The notes: generated by a model not told the origin, from the letters alone. Positions 9,796 to 19,691 are shown, counted from the stretch's first letter. The stretch: 64,000 nucleotides of DNA from Minisyncoccota bacterium (GCA_040879725.1 JBBDJV010000018.1:16748-80747), one strand, 5' to 3'. A program made the numbers and translations.

Positions 9796-10119
9796 TTATT
9801 CAATAATTCCCAAAATTCCACTTTCTGAAACAATTTGATACTCAACACCATCTACCTTTACTCCATCGCCCCAAGAGAAAAGCACTCTATCACCTTTCTT
9901 TACCGTGAGAGGAATCTTTGTACCGTCTTCTGTTATTCTTCCTTCTCCAACAGCAACCACGATACCTTGTTTTGCTCCACCATTCTCTTTAACCGTCTCC
10001 GGTATATATATTCCGGATGCTGTTTTTCGTCCGCTTTCTTCCTTATCTTCCGTTATAAGTACGCGGTCACCGAGTGGACGAACCTGCGGACCTTTTTGTG
10101 TTTGTTTCTTTACCATAGT
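9796..10119 (-). CDS. groS: Co-chaperonin GroES (Cpn10)
   Basis: MVKKQ...VRPLGDRVLI...GIYIPETVKENGGAKQGIVVAVGEGR...KKGDRVLFSWG. The track ORF extends upstream of the true start. Confidence 0.95.
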   Translation of the reverse strand, partial: TMVKKQTQKGPQVRPLGDRVLITEDKEESGRKTASGIYIPETVKENGGAKQGIVVAVGEGRITEDGTKIPLTVKKGDRVLFSWGDGVKVDGVEYQIVSESGILGIIE

Positions 10120-10177
10120 GTTATCAAGCAATATTATTAAGCTAATAAAGCGTAGCCATCTACGCGAAGTGCACACA

Positions 10178-10205
10178 TTATACGAGTCTGATTTTCTTGT
10201 GTCAA
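10178..10205 (-). promoter_or_regulatory. Consensus sigma-70 promoter for groES-groEL
   Basis: On the minus strand: TTGACA, a 17-nt spacer, then TATAAT, about 55 nt upstream of the groES ATG. No CIRCE inverted repeat was recognisable. Confidence 0.6.
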
Positions 10206-10279
10206 AATATCGAGTGTTTTCAAAGACCTTTTTACTATAAACTTGCAAAATTTCTCTCACTTGCTATACTCTTCTCGAT

Positions 10280-10510
10280 ATGGAAACTCTTGCAGGCATA
10301 TTGCCGTACGCGCAGATTGTGCTGTCTATACTCATGGTCTGTACGATATTGCTACAAAACACTGGTTCAGGATTAGGAGGAGCTTTCGGCGGTGGTGACG
10401 GTGGAGGATACCACAACACCAGACGAGGTTTTGAAAAATTCCTTTTCAATGTAACTATTGTTCTAGCAGTGCTTTTTGCACTTTCTTCATTTGCAGCATT
10501 GAGTATATAG
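10280..10510 (+). CDS. secG: Preprotein translocase subunit SecG
   Basis: 76 aa with two TMs; LLQNTGSGLGGAFGGG matches the SecG LLQ-x-GKGGGL-FG motif. Confidence 0.75.
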   Translation: METLAGILPYAQIVLSILMVCTILLQNTGSGLGGAFGGGDGGGYHNTRRGFEKFLFNVTIVLAVLFALSSFAALSI

Positions 10511-10574
10511 TCCATCACATCATATAGAGTAATCAATTCACACAAATTGATAACCATTTCTAGTAAATAGTTTT

Positions 10575-12311
10575 GTGGAACACACTTCATCAGAAATAGC
10601 ACCGCGTAAAAACCGGAGTATCCTATATTCTTTATATCATCGGCTCGGAATCTTTGAGCGGTTACTTTTTATTATTGCCGGACTACTTCTTACGGTAAGC
10701 TCACTTGCTCTCATGTATAGAGCCCACGGCTCTCTCCTAACAGAAACACCAACCCGTGGTGGAGAAATCACTGAAGGCATTGTTGGCTCACCGCGTTTTA
10801 TAAATCCACTTCTTGCTATTACTGATGCAGACCGAGACCTTACCGCGCTCGTATATTCAGGACTTATGAAAGAATCAGCAACCGGAACACTCATTCCCGA
10901 ACTGGCTGAATCGTATGAAATATCAGAAGATAAACTCACCTACACATTCACCATTCGTGACACCGCGGTCTTTCATGACGGAGCTCCGGTTACTGCCGAC
11001 GATGTTGTTTATACAATTCAAAAAGCACAGGACCCGAGTCTTCGCAGTCCCAAGAGAGTAAATTGGGAAGGTGTTACCGTATCTAAAATTGACACTAAAA
11101 CTGTTTCGTTTACATTGCGACAACCATACTCTCCTTTTATACAAAACATGACACTTGGTATTCTACCTTCGCACATTTGGAACACCGCAGACATTGAGCT
11201 TTTTCAATTCAGTCAGTATAACAGTGAACCGATTGGTTCAGGACCCTACAAAATTTCACGTATTCACAATGATGAATCTGGAATTCCTTCTCTCTACGAA
11301 CTGAAAGCTTTTGAAAAATATGTTTTGGGAGAACCATATATTACAAAACTTATTTTTAGGTTTTACCCTAACGAAAGCACACTACTCGACGCGTATACGC
11401 GGGGAGAAATAGAACGTATTAGCGGTGTTCAGCCGGCGCAAGCTCGAATACTTTCTGGTGGTGGAGCACGTGTATTACAAACTCCACTCCCTAGAGTGTT
11501 TGGAATATTTTTTAATCCAACACAAGCTCCACTATTTTCCGATGACTCAGTGCGAGAAGCAATCGACCTTGCACTTGATCGCGACAGAATAGTCGCTGAA
11601 GTACTTCAGGGTTACGGCACAGGCATTAACGGACCGCTTCCTCCAGATATTCTTCCAAGCACCACAACCGCCTCAACTACACCAACAAGTGAAAACATTA
11701 TAAGAGCACAAGAGTTGCTCGATGAAAATGATTGGGAGGTAAACGAAAACGGTATACGAGAGAATGATGGAGTACTACTCACCTTTACCATTTCAACATC
11801 AAACATCCCGGAATTACGTACAGCAGCAGAACTGGTGCGAGAGATGCTAGGTGAACTCAACATAGAAGTTGCGGTACAGATTTTTGATCCAAACGAGCTA
11901 ACACAAAACATCATTCGCCCTCGAAGCTATGACGCTCTGCTTTTTGGAGAAATCATTGGGCGTGACCGTGACCTCTACGCTTTCTGGCATTCTTCCCAAC
12001 GGCATGATCCAGGGTATAATATTGCTCTCTACACCAGCATACCGGTGGACCGCGCGCTCGAAGAACTTCGAACAACAGTAGATAAAGAAAGAGAACAGGA
12101 ATTATTTACTACCATTAACACTGTTATCAAAAGAGACCGTCCTGCAGTATTCCTCTACACACCTGACTTTATTTATATCGTTGACCACGACACAAAAGGA
12201 ATGAACATAGATAATATTACCGTACCATCAGAGAGATTTATCAACATTAACGAATGGTACATATACACAGAACGTATTTGGCCGTTTTTAATCAAAGAAC
12301 ATCAATTATAA
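10575..12311 (+). CDS. ABC transporter substrate-binding protein, family 5 (OppA/DppA-like), membrane-anchored
   Basis: N-terminal TM; SBP_bac_5-like region (AESYEISEDKLTYTFTIRDTAVFHDGAPVTADDVVYTIQKAQDP). GTG start. Confidence 0.8.
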   Translation: MEHTSSEIAPRKNRSILYSLYHRLGIFERLLFIIAGLLLTVSSLALMYRAHGSLLTETPTRGGEITEGIVGSPRFINPLLAITDADRDLTALVYSGLMKESATGTLIPELAESYEISEDKLTYTFTIRDTAVFHDGAPVTADDVVYTIQKAQDPSLRSPKRVNWEGVTVSKIDTKTVSFTLRQPYSPFIQNMTLGILPSHIWNTADIELFQFSQYNSEPIGSGPYKISRIHNDESGIPSLYELKAFEKYVLGEPYITKLIFRFYPNESTLLDAYTRGEIERISGVQPAQARILSGGGARVLQTPLPRVFGIFFNPTQAPLFSDDSVREAIDLALDRDRIVAEVLQGYGTGINGPLPPDILPSTTTASTTPTSENIIRAQELLDENDWEVNENGIRENDGVLLTFTISTSNIPELRTAAELVREMLGELNIEVAVQIFDPNELTQNIIRPRSYDALLFGEIIGRDRDLYAFWHSSQRHDPGYNIALYTSIPVDRALEELRTTVDKEREQELFTTINTVIKRDRPAVFLYTPDFIYIVDHDTKGMNIDNITVPSERFININEWYIYTERIWPFLIKEHQL

Positions 12312-12348
12312 ATTAGTAATTAACAATAGTTAGTACAAACATACATAC

Positions 12349-14304
12349 ATGACAGATTCAACACATCAACAAGAAGCAAAAACAGAGAGACGTCGACCCG
12401 TCCATGTCTCGCTTCCTACAAAATCAAACAAGCCCCCCTCCGGAGGAGGTGGTAGACCACACCGTCCGCCAGGCAACCGACCAAACAACAAACCAAACAG
12501 AAGCAAAGGACGTCCGCAACAGCGTCGTTCTTCTCATGGAAGACCGCACCACAACAGACGTCCACAGCAAAACAACGGTAAGCAAATTCATAGAAATAAT
12601 ACCGAACTTCCTACCCTTCCGGCTCTCGGAGATAATATCCGTATCATGCCACTTGGAGGAGTGGAAGAAGTGGGACGAAACATGACCGCTATTGAAATCG
12701 GAAACGACATCATTATCCTTGATGCAGGTTTTCAATTCAAAGAAGACGACACTCCGGGAATTGATTACATTCTTCCAAACACCGCGTACCTTGAAGCAAA
12801 CAAGGACCGTGTTCGAGGTATTATCGTCACCCACGGACACTTAGACCACATTGGAGGTATTCCTTACATAATGGAAAGAATTGGTAATCCGCCAATTTAT
12901 ACCAGAAAACTTACCTCTATCATGATTCAAAAGCGACAAGCTGAATTCCCTCAGCTTTCCCCTCTTGATATAAATGTTGTTGAGGCAAATTCTCGCGTTA
13001 CACTCGGAGCCATAAAAGTTCGCTTCTTCGCGGTGACACACACTATTCCCGACTCAATGGGAATGATACTCGAAACTCCACACGGACTTATAGTTGCACC
13101 AAGTGACTATAAACTGTCACACATGGATGGCATTCCTGATCCACACGAAGTGGAATCATATAAAATCTTCGAGAAAGAAAAGGTTATTCTCATGCTCTGT
13201 GACTCAACAAATGTTGAAAACCCAGGATTTTCAACTCCTGAAAAAATTGTTCACCAAAACTTGGATGAAATAATTAAAAACACAAAGGGACGTTTAATTC
13301 TCGGTACATTCGCATCTCAACTTGAGCGATTGATTAAAATTATCGAGAGTGCGGAACGCTACAACAAAAAAGTAATACTTGAGGGTCGTAGCATGAAAGT
13401 AAATATAGAAATTGCAGAACTTGCAGGCCTCTATACACCCAAAAAAGGAACCATTATCCCAGCACAAGAAGCTGAAAACTATCCGCCAGACAGAATACTG
13501 GTTCTGGCAACCGGAGCTCAAGGTGAAGAGTTTGCTGCGCTTATGCGTATTGCAACAAAAACGCATAAATACATTCGTCTTAATAACCGAGATACCGTAC
13601 TACTCTCTTCTTCTATCATTCCTGGAAATGAGAAAACAGTTCAAAAACTAAAAGACAATATCGCGCGACAAGAAGCGAAAATCATTCACTACAGAACAAG
13701 TGATGTGTTTATTCACGCATCAGGACACGGAAACCGAGAAGAGGTCGCATGGCTTCATAAGCAAGTTCGTCCGAAATTCTTTATCCCAATTCACGGTAAT
13801 CACTACATGCTCAGACAGCACGCGGAACTTGCTCGACAGCTAGGAATGCCGGATGATCATATTGTAGTACCGGACAATGGAAGTGTTATTGAGATCAGAG
13901 ATAAAGGGGAAAAAATAGTACACCTTAAAGAACGAGTCGCGAACGGACTTGTCATGGTGGACGGCTTCTCCGTAGGAGGACTACAAGATGTTGTTATTCG
14001 AGACAGACAAATGCTTGCAAAAGATGGTATGTTTGTAATCGTTGCAACACTAAACACAAAAACAGGAAAGCTTCGCAAGTCTCCAGACCTTATTTCACGC
14101 GGTTTCGTATACCTCCGTGAATCACAAGACCTCCTACACCAAACTCGAAATATCATCAAGAAAACAATTGAAGATTCAGCAACAGGAATGAACCCAATAA
14201 ATTTTGACTACCTAAAGGAACAAGTAACCGACCACGTAGCAAAACACCTCTTCCAAAAAACAAATAAACACCCTATCGTTATTCCGGTAATACTCGGCCT
14301 CTAA
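12349..14304 (+). CDS. rnj: Ribonuclease J (metallo-beta-lactamase / beta-CASP) with ~100-aa N-terminal Arg/Pro-rich extension
   Basis: HGHLDHIGGIPY MBL motif, beta-CASP region and C-terminal domain. The N-terminus is low-complexity (RRRPVH...GGGGRPHRPPGNRPNNKPNRSKGRPQQRR). Confidence 0.9.
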   Translation: MTDSTHQQEAKTERRRPVHVSLPTKSNKPPSGGGGRPHRPPGNRPNNKPNRSKGRPQQRRSSHGRPHHNRRPQQNNGKQIHRNNTELPTLPALGDNIRIMPLGGVEEVGRNMTAIEIGNDIIILDAGFQFKEDDTPGIDYILPNTAYLEANKDRVRGIIVTHGHLDHIGGIPYIMERIGNPPIYTRKLTSIMIQKRQAEFPQLSPLDINVVEANSRVTLGAIKVRFFAVTHTIPDSMGMILETPHGLIVAPSDYKLSHMDGIPDPHEVESYKIFEKEKVILMLCDSTNVENPGFSTPEKIVHQNLDEIIKNTKGRLILGTFASQLERLIKIIESAERYNKKVILEGRSMKVNIEIAELAGLYTPKKGTIIPAQEAENYPPDRILVLATGAQGEEFAALMRIATKTHKYIRLNNRDTVLLSSSIIPGNEKTVQKLKDNIARQEAKIIHYRTSDVFIHASGHGNREEVAWLHKQVRPKFFIPIHGNHYMLRQHAELARQLGMPDDHIVVPDNGSVIEIRDKGEKIVHLKERVANGLVMVDGFSVGGLQDVVIRDRQMLAKDGMFVIVATLNTKTGKLRKSPDLISRGFVYLRESQDLLHQTRNIIKKTIEDSATGMNPINFDYLKEQVTDHVAKHLFQKTNKHPIVIPVILGL

Positions 14305-14329
14305 GCAAAAAGTTTGTTACAATTCTTGC

Positions 14330-15508
14330 ATGAGTTCGGCTATTGAAAAAATTCGTTATAATCGAGTGCTGGTAGCACTGTATATATCGGCATTCATCTC
14401 TGCTCTCTACTTTTTCTCTTCAGCATACATAAACTCCACATTCCTTGAAGAGCTCATGACACCGCAAATGGTAAGTCTTCTTTTTGCCCTTGGTTCGATT
14501 GGTAACATAATCGCGTACATATTCGCGCCGGCAATGCTCCGAAGAGTAGGAAATTATGCTCTGACACTTTTTGTTATCACACTAGTATTCGCAATTTTTG
14601 TCGGGCTATCAGTAGCTACCACCGCACTTATCGTATCTCTTCTCTTTATCGCCTACCGTATCCTTTCGCCGATGCTTCTCTTTGCATTTGATATCTTCCT
14701 TGAAACAGTTTCAGAAAGAGAAGACGAAACTGGCGCAATACGTGGTGCATTTTTTACCTTCATAAACATTGCAACCATACTTGCTCCAGTGCTTGCCGGT
14801 ATTGTGCTTTCTCGATACGGATACTCTGGACTGTATCTATACTCTGCGCTTCACCTAATTCCCCTCTTTCTAATTATTGCGTTCAACTTTAGGAAGTTTA
14901 AAGACCCTGAATACCCAAGCATAAAAATCCCTACTCTGACACGCCAGTTTTGGAACAATCTCGACCTACGACTGATATATATCATCAGTTTTATCCTTCA
15001 GTTCTTCTATGCATGGATGATTATTTATGTACCTATCTACCTACATAAGCACATCGGATTTTCTTGGGACCAAATAGGTCTTATGCTTGCAATAGCTCTC
15101 GTTCCCTTCCTTCTTCTTGAGTTACCACTGGGTAGGCTTGCTGATAAAAAATATGGTGAAAAAGAAATGCTTATTATCGGCTTTATCATTATGGGCGTTT
15201 CAACAGCATCACTTACTTTTATCGATACCGCTTCATTCTTAGTATGGACAAGCATTCTTTTTGTTACCCGTATTGGAGCAAGTTTTGTTGAAATAATGAC
15301 TGAAAGTTACTTCTTTAAGCACATGAAAGGCTCTGACGCTGATGAAATTAGTTTCTTCCGTATTAACGCTCCTCTTGCTTATCTTTTCGGTCCTATAGTT
15401 GGAATTATCGCTCTTTCTTTTGTTGATTACCGTTTTCTGTTTCTTATCTTAGGAGTTATAGTTCTTTCAGGAATCCACTACAGTATTATGATTACTGATA
15501 CTAAATAA
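14330..15508 (+). CDS. MFS transporter
   Basis: 392 aa, about 12 predicted TM helices in two 6-helix halves. Confidence 0.7.
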   Translation: MSSAIEKIRYNRVLVALYISAFISALYFFSSAYINSTFLEELMTPQMVSLLFALGSIGNIIAYIFAPAMLRRVGNYALTLFVITLVFAIFVGLSVATTALIVSLLFIAYRILSPMLLFAFDIFLETVSEREDETGAIRGAFFTFINIATILAPVLAGIVLSRYGYSGLYLYSALHLIPLFLIIAFNFRKFKDPEYPSIKIPTLTRQFWNNLDLRLIYIISFILQFFYAWMIIYVPIYLHKHIGFSWDQIGLMLAIALVPFLLLELPLGRLADKKYGEKEMLIIGFIIMGVSTASLTFIDTASFLVWTSILFVTRIGASFVEIMTESYFFKHMKGSDADEISFFRINAPLAYLFGPIVGIIALSFVDYRFLFLILGVIVLSGIHYSIMITDTK

Positions 15509-16333
15509 TTACAGCGTATAGTATTTACCACTCTTTTTAATCAACAGCTCCTTTTGAAGACCAGAGAGTACTTCGCGCACCGAGTGTTTTTCAACTTCAT
15601 ATTTTTTAAGTTCTTCAATAGTTGCACGGCTGTTATCAAGTAAATGTTTTATTACCTTGCCACGCACCTGTCTACGCGATCCGACAAAAACACTTTGCTT
15701 AGAGTGATGCTTACTTTTCCGAGAAGGGTTCGGTAATACTTCCTTTAAGTGTGACCCATAGTCCATGAGTGCTGAATACCATTTAGCTGGATTGTCAGTA
15801 TCGAGAGTAGCGCTTATTATCGGAAGAAGCTTGGAATCAGGAACTAGATTTTGCTTATTAAAAAAATGATGTAAATAGACAGTACGAATATTTGTTTCTA
15901 TACATATCTCGGGAGAATTATAGGCAAAAATACAAATTGCACTCGCGGTATACGGACCAATCCCAGTGAGAGACTCTAGCTCTTTTTTTGTCTTTGGAAA
16001 TACTCCATCATATCGTAGAACAATTTCTTCCGCGCACTTCTTTATGTATTTTGCTCTACGGTTATAGCCCAAGCCTTGCCATACAGAGAGTACGTCTGAT
16101 AGCGAAGCTTTGGAAAGAGATGTAACTGTTGGAAATTTTTTTATAAACGCATTGAAATACCCAACAACTCGCTTTGCTTGCGTTTGTTGAAGCATTATTT
16201 CAGACACAAGCACTTTGTAAGGTGTTACCCGCACACGCCAAGGAAATGATCGTTTATATTGTGTATAGTATTCATACACCTGAGCTTTAAACGAGTTTTG
16301 TTCTCTTTTACTTGGAAATTTTTTTCTTGCCAT
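15509..16333 (-). CDS. HhH-GPD base-excision glycosylase, MutY-like (no Fe-S cluster cysteines)
   Basis: FPWR...TPYKVLVSEIMLQQTQ...LTGIGPYTASAI resembles the MutY N-terminal domain. No C-x6-C-x2-C-x5-C cluster. Confidence 0.65.
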   Translation of the reverse strand: MARKKFPSKREQNSFKAQVYEYYTQYKRSFPWRVRVTPYKVLVSEIMLQQTQAKRVVGYFNAFIKKFPTVTSLSKASLSDVLSVWQGLGYNRRAKYIKKCAEEIVLRYDGVFPKTKKELESLTGIGPYTASAICIFAYNSPEICIETNIRTVYLHHFFNKQNLVPDSKLLPIISATLDTDNPAKWYSALMDYGSHLKEVLPNPSRKSKHHSKQSVFVGSRRQVRGKVIKHLLDNSRATIEELKKYEVEKHSVREVLSGLQKELLIKKSGKYYTL

Positions 16334-16955
16334 ATACCTCTTCTAGTATTCCTCCTTCCTTTTTTCGCGCGGGGCTATATCTGCGCCCATACTCAATCAT
16401 TAAATACGTTAGTCGGAACCACTGTTCTTTTGGAAATAATTTCATGAGGTCACTCTCAATCTTTTTAGGATCCGTGTGCTGTGTTAAACCTAACCGCTGT
16501 GAGATACGGCGAACATGTGTATCTACAGCAATACCTTCTACAACACTATATGCGTTTCCAAGAACCACATTAGCGGTTTTCCTGGCAACGCCGGGAAGCT
16601 CGAGCATATCATCCATCGTGCGAGGAATAACGCCACCATGCTTCTCTTTTATTATCCTCGATGTTTCCTGGATACGTTTTGCTTTTTGTTTATAGTATCC
16701 GCACATTCGTATATCTTGCTCAAACTCATATCGGGGAGCGTTGATATAGTCATCGAGAGTTCTATATTTTTTGAAAAGTTTTTTCGTAACACGGTTAACC
16801 ATTACATCCGTGCACTGGGCGGAGAGCATCACTGAAACGAGAAGTTCGAAGTTATTTCCATACTCTAAAATCATCCCTGAGTCAGGAACTATTTTTTCAA
16901 GTGAGCGATATATTTCTTGTGCACGCTTTTGTTTTTCAGCGAGAGATTGCGTCAT
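16308..16955 (-). CDS. nth: Endonuclease III (Nth) family DNA glycosylase/lyase, Fe-S-less variant
   Basis: ELLVSVMLSAQCTDVMVN...LPGVARKTANVVL...VDTHVRRISQRLGL. Its 3' end overlaps the start of the MutY-like gene by 26 nt. Confidence 0.8.
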   Translation of the reverse strand: MTQSLAEKQKRAQEIYRSLEKIVPDSGMILEYGNNFELLVSVMLSAQCTDVMVNRVTKKLFKKYRTLDDYINAPRYEFEQDIRMCGYYKQKAKRIQETSRIIKEKHGGVIPRTMDDMLELPGVARKTANVVLGNAYSVVEGIAVDTHVRRISQRLGLTQHTDPKKIESDLMKLFPKEQWFRLTYLMIEYGRRYSPARKKEGGILEEVYGKKKISK

Positions 16956-17613
16956 TTATAAATTCTTTCATCCTTTGAGCAAGGTCGGGTTTTTCAATAC
17001 CAAACATGTCAGTTCCGTGTCCCGCATGTTCATACACAACTAGCTCCACCGTAGTGCTCTCACTTGCCTCTTCAGCAAGCACCTCAGCCATAGTTGCGCA
17101 GTTTCCATATGAACGCTCGTCATCACGAGAAGCCACAAGGAGTAAGCGCTGTTGCCCTAACTGTGGCATACAGGGTCTGGTTTCAACTCCCTTATAGTTA
17201 AAGCCTGGAGAAAGCGCTATACCGGCAGGTGTGTCAGTATGCTCTGCCATACTTTGTATTGTAAGGTTAGCGCCAATAGACGCACCACAGAGCGCAACTG
17301 AGCTACGTGCGATTCCTCGTGTTTCGAGAAAGGTAACTCCTGCTTCCACATCAAGAATACTTTTTTGATGTTCTTCGTTTTCAAATGTTTTATAGCCGTC
17401 CGGTCCACCATCAGAGTTTCCATGTCCACGCAAATCAAGCGCAACAATATCCCACCCTTCTTCCTGCATAAGACCGGCAAACTCTTTCCAAGATTCTTTT
17501 GTTTCCGGCATCATATGAAGCAGAACAAGCCCCCGAGTACCAAATCCTGGATAGTAGTCACCATTTAAACTAATACCATCAGTAGTGGTAAGTTGTATCT
17601 TTCCTTTTTCCAT
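16936..17613 (-). CDS. Alpha/beta hydrolase
   Basis: GASIG nucleophile elbow, HAGHG near the C-terminus and LDLRGHGNSDG. Confidence 0.7.
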   Translation of the reverse strand: MEKGKIQLTTTDGISLNGDYYPGFGTRGLVLLHMMPETKESWKEFAGLMQEEGWDIVALDLRGHGNSDGGPDGYKTFENEEHQKSILDVEAGVTFLETRGIARSSVALCGASIGANLTIQSMAEHTDTPAGIALSPGFNYKGVETRPCMPQLGQQRLLLVASRDDERSYGNCATMAEVLAEEASESTTVELVVYEHAGHGTDMFGIEKPDLAQRMKEFINDAISR

Positions 17614-17855
17614 TACAGTAACCCTTTTCCCTTAAGATACTCATCAAGTTCATCGGCAGAATAATCTGCCAAAACCTCTCCATCAATAACAAGCGTTGGT
17701 GCTTTTTCTTGCTTAGATATTTCAACCATTTCCTTCATATATTCAGGATTATCAGTTACATTTTTTTCGGTATATTCCATACCATTTTTTTGGAGAAAAT
17801 CGAGTGCTCCTTTACACCACGGGCAACCTGTTTTTACATAAATTGTTATAGACAT
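17613..17855 (-). CDS. Glutaredoxin-like protein (CPWC active site)
   Basis: MSITIYVKTGCPWCKGALDFL...APTLVIDGEVLADYSADELDEYL. The track ORF is extended upstream through the promoter region. Confidence 0.75.
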   Translation of the reverse strand: MSITIYVKTGCPWCKGALDFLQKNGMEYTEKNVTDNPEYMKEMVEISKQEKAPTLVIDGEVLADYSADELDEYLKGKGLL

Positions 17856-17916
17856 ATATAATGTATGCGTTATTGCTAATACTTTCATTATAACAAATAT
17901 ACACAGGGCTGGCAGT

Positions 17917-18071
17917 TTGACAGAATATATACTTGGCGCTAATATAAATATAGAGCCTACGGACGTAGGTACTATACCATCCATGCATTAAGCCTTTAGA
18001 GGCTTCGGCGTTCAATCGCCAAACAAACAAGAGCATCCACCGAAACATTGCGCTTTCGGTGGGCTTTTTTA
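17917..18071 (+). ncRNA. Candidate small RNA: consensus promoter, ~120-nt transcript, strong intrinsic terminator, no ORF
   Basis: TTGACA(17917-22), a 17-nt spacer, TAATAT(17940-45). The transcript contains the palindrome GCCTACGGACGTAGGT and ends with CCACCGAAAcattgcgcTTTCGGTGG followed by GCTTTTTT (18036-18071). No plus-strand gene lies downstream. Confidence 0.35.
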
Positions 18072-18269
18072 TTTATATCCAACAAAAAAGCGCTCTAGGC
18101 GCTTTTTTGATTTATTCAGAAGCTGAGTCAGTTGATTGCTCACTTCCTTTTCCGTGAGTACTGTCAGAGCAATCGCATGCTTGTAATTCATGATTGTGCT
18201 CGTTGCATCCTTCAGCTCCACAAGTTCCAGGAGTTTCTGAAACTCCATTACACTCTCCTTTACAGACAA
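18069..18269 (-). CDS. Small hypothetical protein (66 aa)
   Basis: ORF only. Its 3' end overlaps a terminator hairpin and there is no recognisable domain. Confidence 0.25.
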   Translation of the reverse strand: MSVKESVMEFQKLLELVELKDATSTIMNYKHAIALTVLTEKEVSNQLTQLLNKSKKRLERFFVGYK

Positions 18270-18314
18270 AATGTGTCATAACAAAATATGTTAATGAATA
18301 ACGTATTTAGTATA

Positions 18315-19016
18315 TCACTCTTCATTTCTATTAGCTATGCGTGTGCCGATATACTTTTTCCCTTCTAGAAAATTCTTTGTGTTTAAACCTTCTCTTCCAT
18401 CCATAATATACACAGGAATATTATTTTCTTTCGCCAGGCGAGACGCGACAGGATCAAACGGAGTGCTTAAACCAGGCTTCCACTCTGAAGGTATAAGTGA
18501 GAGGTATTCCTCCCAAAAAATAGATTCAAGTGGTTTTGCGTCACTATCAACTCGTGGGTCAGCGGTATATACCTGTGATGTGTTTGATAGATTTAAAACA
18601 TACTGTGCCCCCGAAAGAACCGCATACCGTACGGCGCAGTAGTCAGTACTATTCCCTGGTTTCTCTCCACTTGCAATAATGAGCGGTGTATCACCCCACT
18701 CTGAAATATCTTCGGTATTTGAAATAACCCTGAGATGAGCATTACCTCCAAAAGCAATACGAACCAACTCAGCATTGAGACGAGTTGCTGAAACACCAAT
18801 GGTATCCAAAGCAACACTGTCTGTAACAGAAAGCTCAGTAAGTGCTTTTTGATACACACGAGCCACACCGCCACCTCCGACAACAATAACAAAACGCTCT
18901 CCTTCCTCAATTCTAGCTTGTATAAGTTCTACAAATGCACGCATTGCTTCTGTGTTGGGTTTATCAGGAACAATAACCGAGCCACCGAGCGATATTACTG
19001 TTATTTTTTTACTCAT
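18315..19016 (-). CDS. pyrH: UMP kinase, archaeal-type (amino-acid kinase family)
   Basis: KITVISLGGSVI, VVGGGGVARVY, EKPGNSTD and NTSQVYTADPRVDS parallel archaeal PyrH (GGSV...VVGGG..AR.Y...THPGHTTD...VDGVYTADP), not the bacterial KRVLLKLSGE type. Confidence 0.8.
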   Translation of the reverse strand: MSKKITVISLGGSVIVPDKPNTEAMRAFVELIQARIEEGERFVIVVGGGGVARVYQKALTELSVTDSVALDTIGVSATRLNAELVRIAFGGNAHLRVISNTEDISEWGDTPLIIASGEKPGNSTDYCAVRYAVLSGAQYVLNLSNTSQVYTADPRVDSDAKPLESIFWEEYLSLIPSEWKPGLSTPFDPVASRLAKENNIPVYIMDGREGLNTKNFLEGKKYIGTRIANRNEE

Positions 19017-19033
19017 TGAAAATGAGTATACCA

Positions 19034-19669
19034 TTATTGACCCTCTTCTTGAAGCTCGCGTGTGTCTTCTGGCTCTGTTTCAATGCTCACTTCCACTTCT
19101 TCTGTAGTGGTTGCGAGTTCATCTTGGGGTACAATTTCAGCATTAGCTTGAGAGAATACTACCGGTATAGATACTTCCATAAAAAGTCCTGTTGGTGAGT
19201 ATAGCTGTAATAAACCACTTACCGTACTTGAACTGCGGTATTCAACCTCACTACGAAACGCTATCTTAGTACTCGTACTCCAGTCTCCATGAGCTTGAGC
19301 AATACCTTCACCTAAAACCTCCCCGTCGTTACTTATCACACGAACCGCAAACACTCCGTCAGAAAAAGAATCTCCATTGAGCAAGCCTAAAACAGTGATG
19401 GGTGAACTTACGATAGCATTTGCTTGTGGTTCTGTTACTTGAATTGCGTCATTAGCTCGAAGGAACGTACCGGGTAATTCGCTAAACTCTCTCCCTTTGC
19501 TCGTAACGCAAACTCGAGGAGTAGTTTTCCGTATTTCGTACCCATGTACTACACAGTCCTCAAAACTCGAAATCCTACTTTCAACATAATCAGGCGGAAT
19601 ATCAAACACAAAAGCTATCACTAAGAATCCAGCAATAACAGATAATCCTAACAGTGCTTTTTTTACCAT
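19034..19669 (-). CDS. Membrane-anchored hypothetical protein
   Basis: MVKKALLGLSVIAGFLVIAF signal anchor and acidic C-terminus. The start is inferred at an ATG downstream of the terminator hairpin. Confidence 0.5.
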   Translation of the reverse strand: MVKKALLGLSVIAGFLVIAFVFDIPPDYVESRISSFEDCVVHGYEIRKTTPRVCVTSKGREFSELPGTFLRANDAIQVTEPQANAIVSSPITVLGLLNGDSFSDGVFAVRVISNDGEVLGEGIAQAHGDWSTSTKIAFRSEVEYRSSSTVSGLLQLYSPTGLFMEVSIPVVFSQANAEIVPQDELATTTEEVEVSIETEPEDTRELQEEGQ

Positions 19670-19691
19670 AGTGGTATCATACCTCTTGTAT

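Noticed and set aside
10120-10260. CIRCE (HrcA) operator upstream of groES
   Set aside because: No TTAGCACTC-N9-GAGTGCTAA-like inverted repeat was found; only a consensus sigma-70 promoter and a short hairpin in the leader.
10264-10602. 112-aa minus-strand ORF
   Set aside because: It is antisense to secG and the start of the SBP gene; no motifs are present.
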